A stretch of DNA of 64,000 nucleotides from Octopus vulgaris (taxonomy: Eukaryota), in assembly GCA_951406725.2 (NCBI GenBank), contig OX597818.1, forward strand, positions 93,806,001-93,870,000. Direction: 5' to 3'. This document shows positions 62,665 through 64,000 of this stretch, piece after piece (position 1 is the stretch's first letter; every line of letters starts with the position of its first letter). Under the pieces are notes generated by a model that was given only the letters and a program-made list of their open reading frames with translations, ran no database searches and had not been told where the DNA came from. The position numbers and the translations under genes are program-made.

Positions 62665-63848
62665 ATGCAGTGGTATTAAAAAATTCCTGGATTAGTTCTG
62701 TAGCATACCAACAGATGGCAGCATGCAGTTGTGTGTGCAGTGAGAGCTAGCAGTGATCTTCATGTGGCAGTGTGCTGAGAGACATTGCTGTGTTTACTTC
62801 ACAAGTTGTGAAATTTGTATTTTTGTGATCACGTGTATGCTGTAGTCAGAGAGGAAAGTTAAAACAAAGAGCAATCATGAAATTTTCTGTTAAACTTGGG
62901 AAGTCTGCTACAGAGACACCAAACATGCTTTGGCAAGCTTACAGGAATGAGGAAATGGGTTATAAATAATGTTTTGAGTCACATGGGTGCTTCAAAAGAG
63001 GAAGAATGTCTCTGGAAGATGATGAATAATCTGGAAATCCTGCCATGAGCATCACCCCTGAAAATGTGGAGAAAATTCATCAGCTTGTGAATGAGAATGA
63101 TCAGAGGACAATCAACGATATTGTTGATGTTGTTGGTCTGTCGTATGGATCTGTGCAGACAATCCTAATATCTGAATTGAACATGTGACATGTCTCTGTC
63201 AAGATTGTCCCCAGTCTGCCAATCACTGAGCAGAAAGAACATTGCATTGAAGTCTGTCAAGATCTCTATTCTGAGACCCCCTTTGGTCATGACACTGACC
63301 ATGGGATTGCACCTAGAAAGTTACCCTCCCAGGTGCAAGTCCGAGCAAGGTTGTTTATGGAAGACCAGCAGTCGCCCATGCATACCGGCCTCCCTTCTGC
63401 ATGCCACCAGTGTTATCCAAGGGAAAGGCAAGGGCCGATATAGCTTGGCACCTGTGATGTCGGAACTCATTTCTACAGCTGAGTGAACTGGAGCAACATG
63501 AAATAAAGTATCTTGCTCAAGAACACAACATGCAGCCTGGTCCGGGATTCAAGCTCACAACCTCACGATTGTAAGCTCAACGCTCTAACCACTGCGCCAT
63601 GTGCCTTCACACGAAGATCTCTATTAGTATGTCACTAATAACCTATCCTTCATATCGAAGACCATCACCAGTGACGAGAGTTAGGTCTACAGGTACAACC
63701 CTGAGACAAAGCAGCAGTCATCACAATGGAAGCACCCTTCATCTCCATGAATGAAGAAGGTACGGCAGCTGCAGCTCAATCAAGAGCATGCTCATAATGT
63801 TTTTTGACATCTGCAGTAATATGCATCATGAATTTGTCCTCCAAGCCA
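62665..63848 (+). mobile_element. Mariner remnant (5' two-thirds) split by a SINE
   Basis: KQRAIMKFSVKLGKSATET..FKRGRMSLEDDE*SG.P..TPENVEKIHQLV..LSYGSVQTIL, ITSDES*VYRYNPETKQQSSQWKHPSSP, KSMLIMFFD. Confidence 0.88.
63271..63613 (-). mobile_element. SINE family C nested in the mariner
   Basis: 12-bp TSD AAGATCTCTATT at 63259-63270 and 63614-63625. Confidence 0.9.
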
Positions 63849-63849
63849 G

Positions 63850-63965
63850 ACAGGATGAAAGGCAAAGTTGACTTCAACAGAATTTGAACTCAGAATGAAA
63901 AGACAGATGAAATATCACTAAGCATTTTGCCCGGTGTGCTAATGTTTCTGCCAGCTCACACCCTT
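63850..63965 (-). mobile_element. SINE family D 5' part
   Basis: GGATGAAAGGCAAAGTTGAC..GAATTTGAACTCAGAA..CTGCCAGCTC. Confidence 0.8.
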
Positions 63966-64000
63966 TATATACTTGATATATTAAACAAAAATAGGTCGAG

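Overview
Eukaryotic, AT-rich, repeat-saturated animal genomic DNA. The SINE repertoire and microsatellite load suggest an octopod cephalopod (inference, not searched). There is one 100-N assembly gap (4072-4171). One protein-coding gene can be built by hand, and the ORF track misses it: a minus-strand syntaxin-7/12/TSNARE1-like Qa-SNARE. It has a probable non-coding exon 1 near 23.74-23.95 kb, an ATG exon (17416-17552), a 66-nt exon (10319-10384) and the terminal transmembrane exon (799-894). I could not find its central exons; they probably lie in the gap. The rest is mostly mobile DNA: at least five SINE families (many with 11-19 bp target-site duplications [TSDs], several nested), RTE, CR1-like and R4/Dong-type LINE remnants, two Helitron remnants, several Tc1/mariner elements including a full-length Hsmar1-like copy, and a Penelope-like element with an uninterrupted GIY-YIG ORF. 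The most notable signal is a dispersed set of type I hammerhead-ribozyme motifs with long helix II and palindromic helix III, each next to a (TA)n or related tract. One sits at the 3' end of the Penelope-like element. Two lie in sense orientation inside syntaxin introns, one about 220 nt from the first coding exon. Hammerheads in Penelope-like elements are established, so this extends a known system rather than proving a new one. Nearly all ORF-track entries are microsatellite or SINE artefacts.
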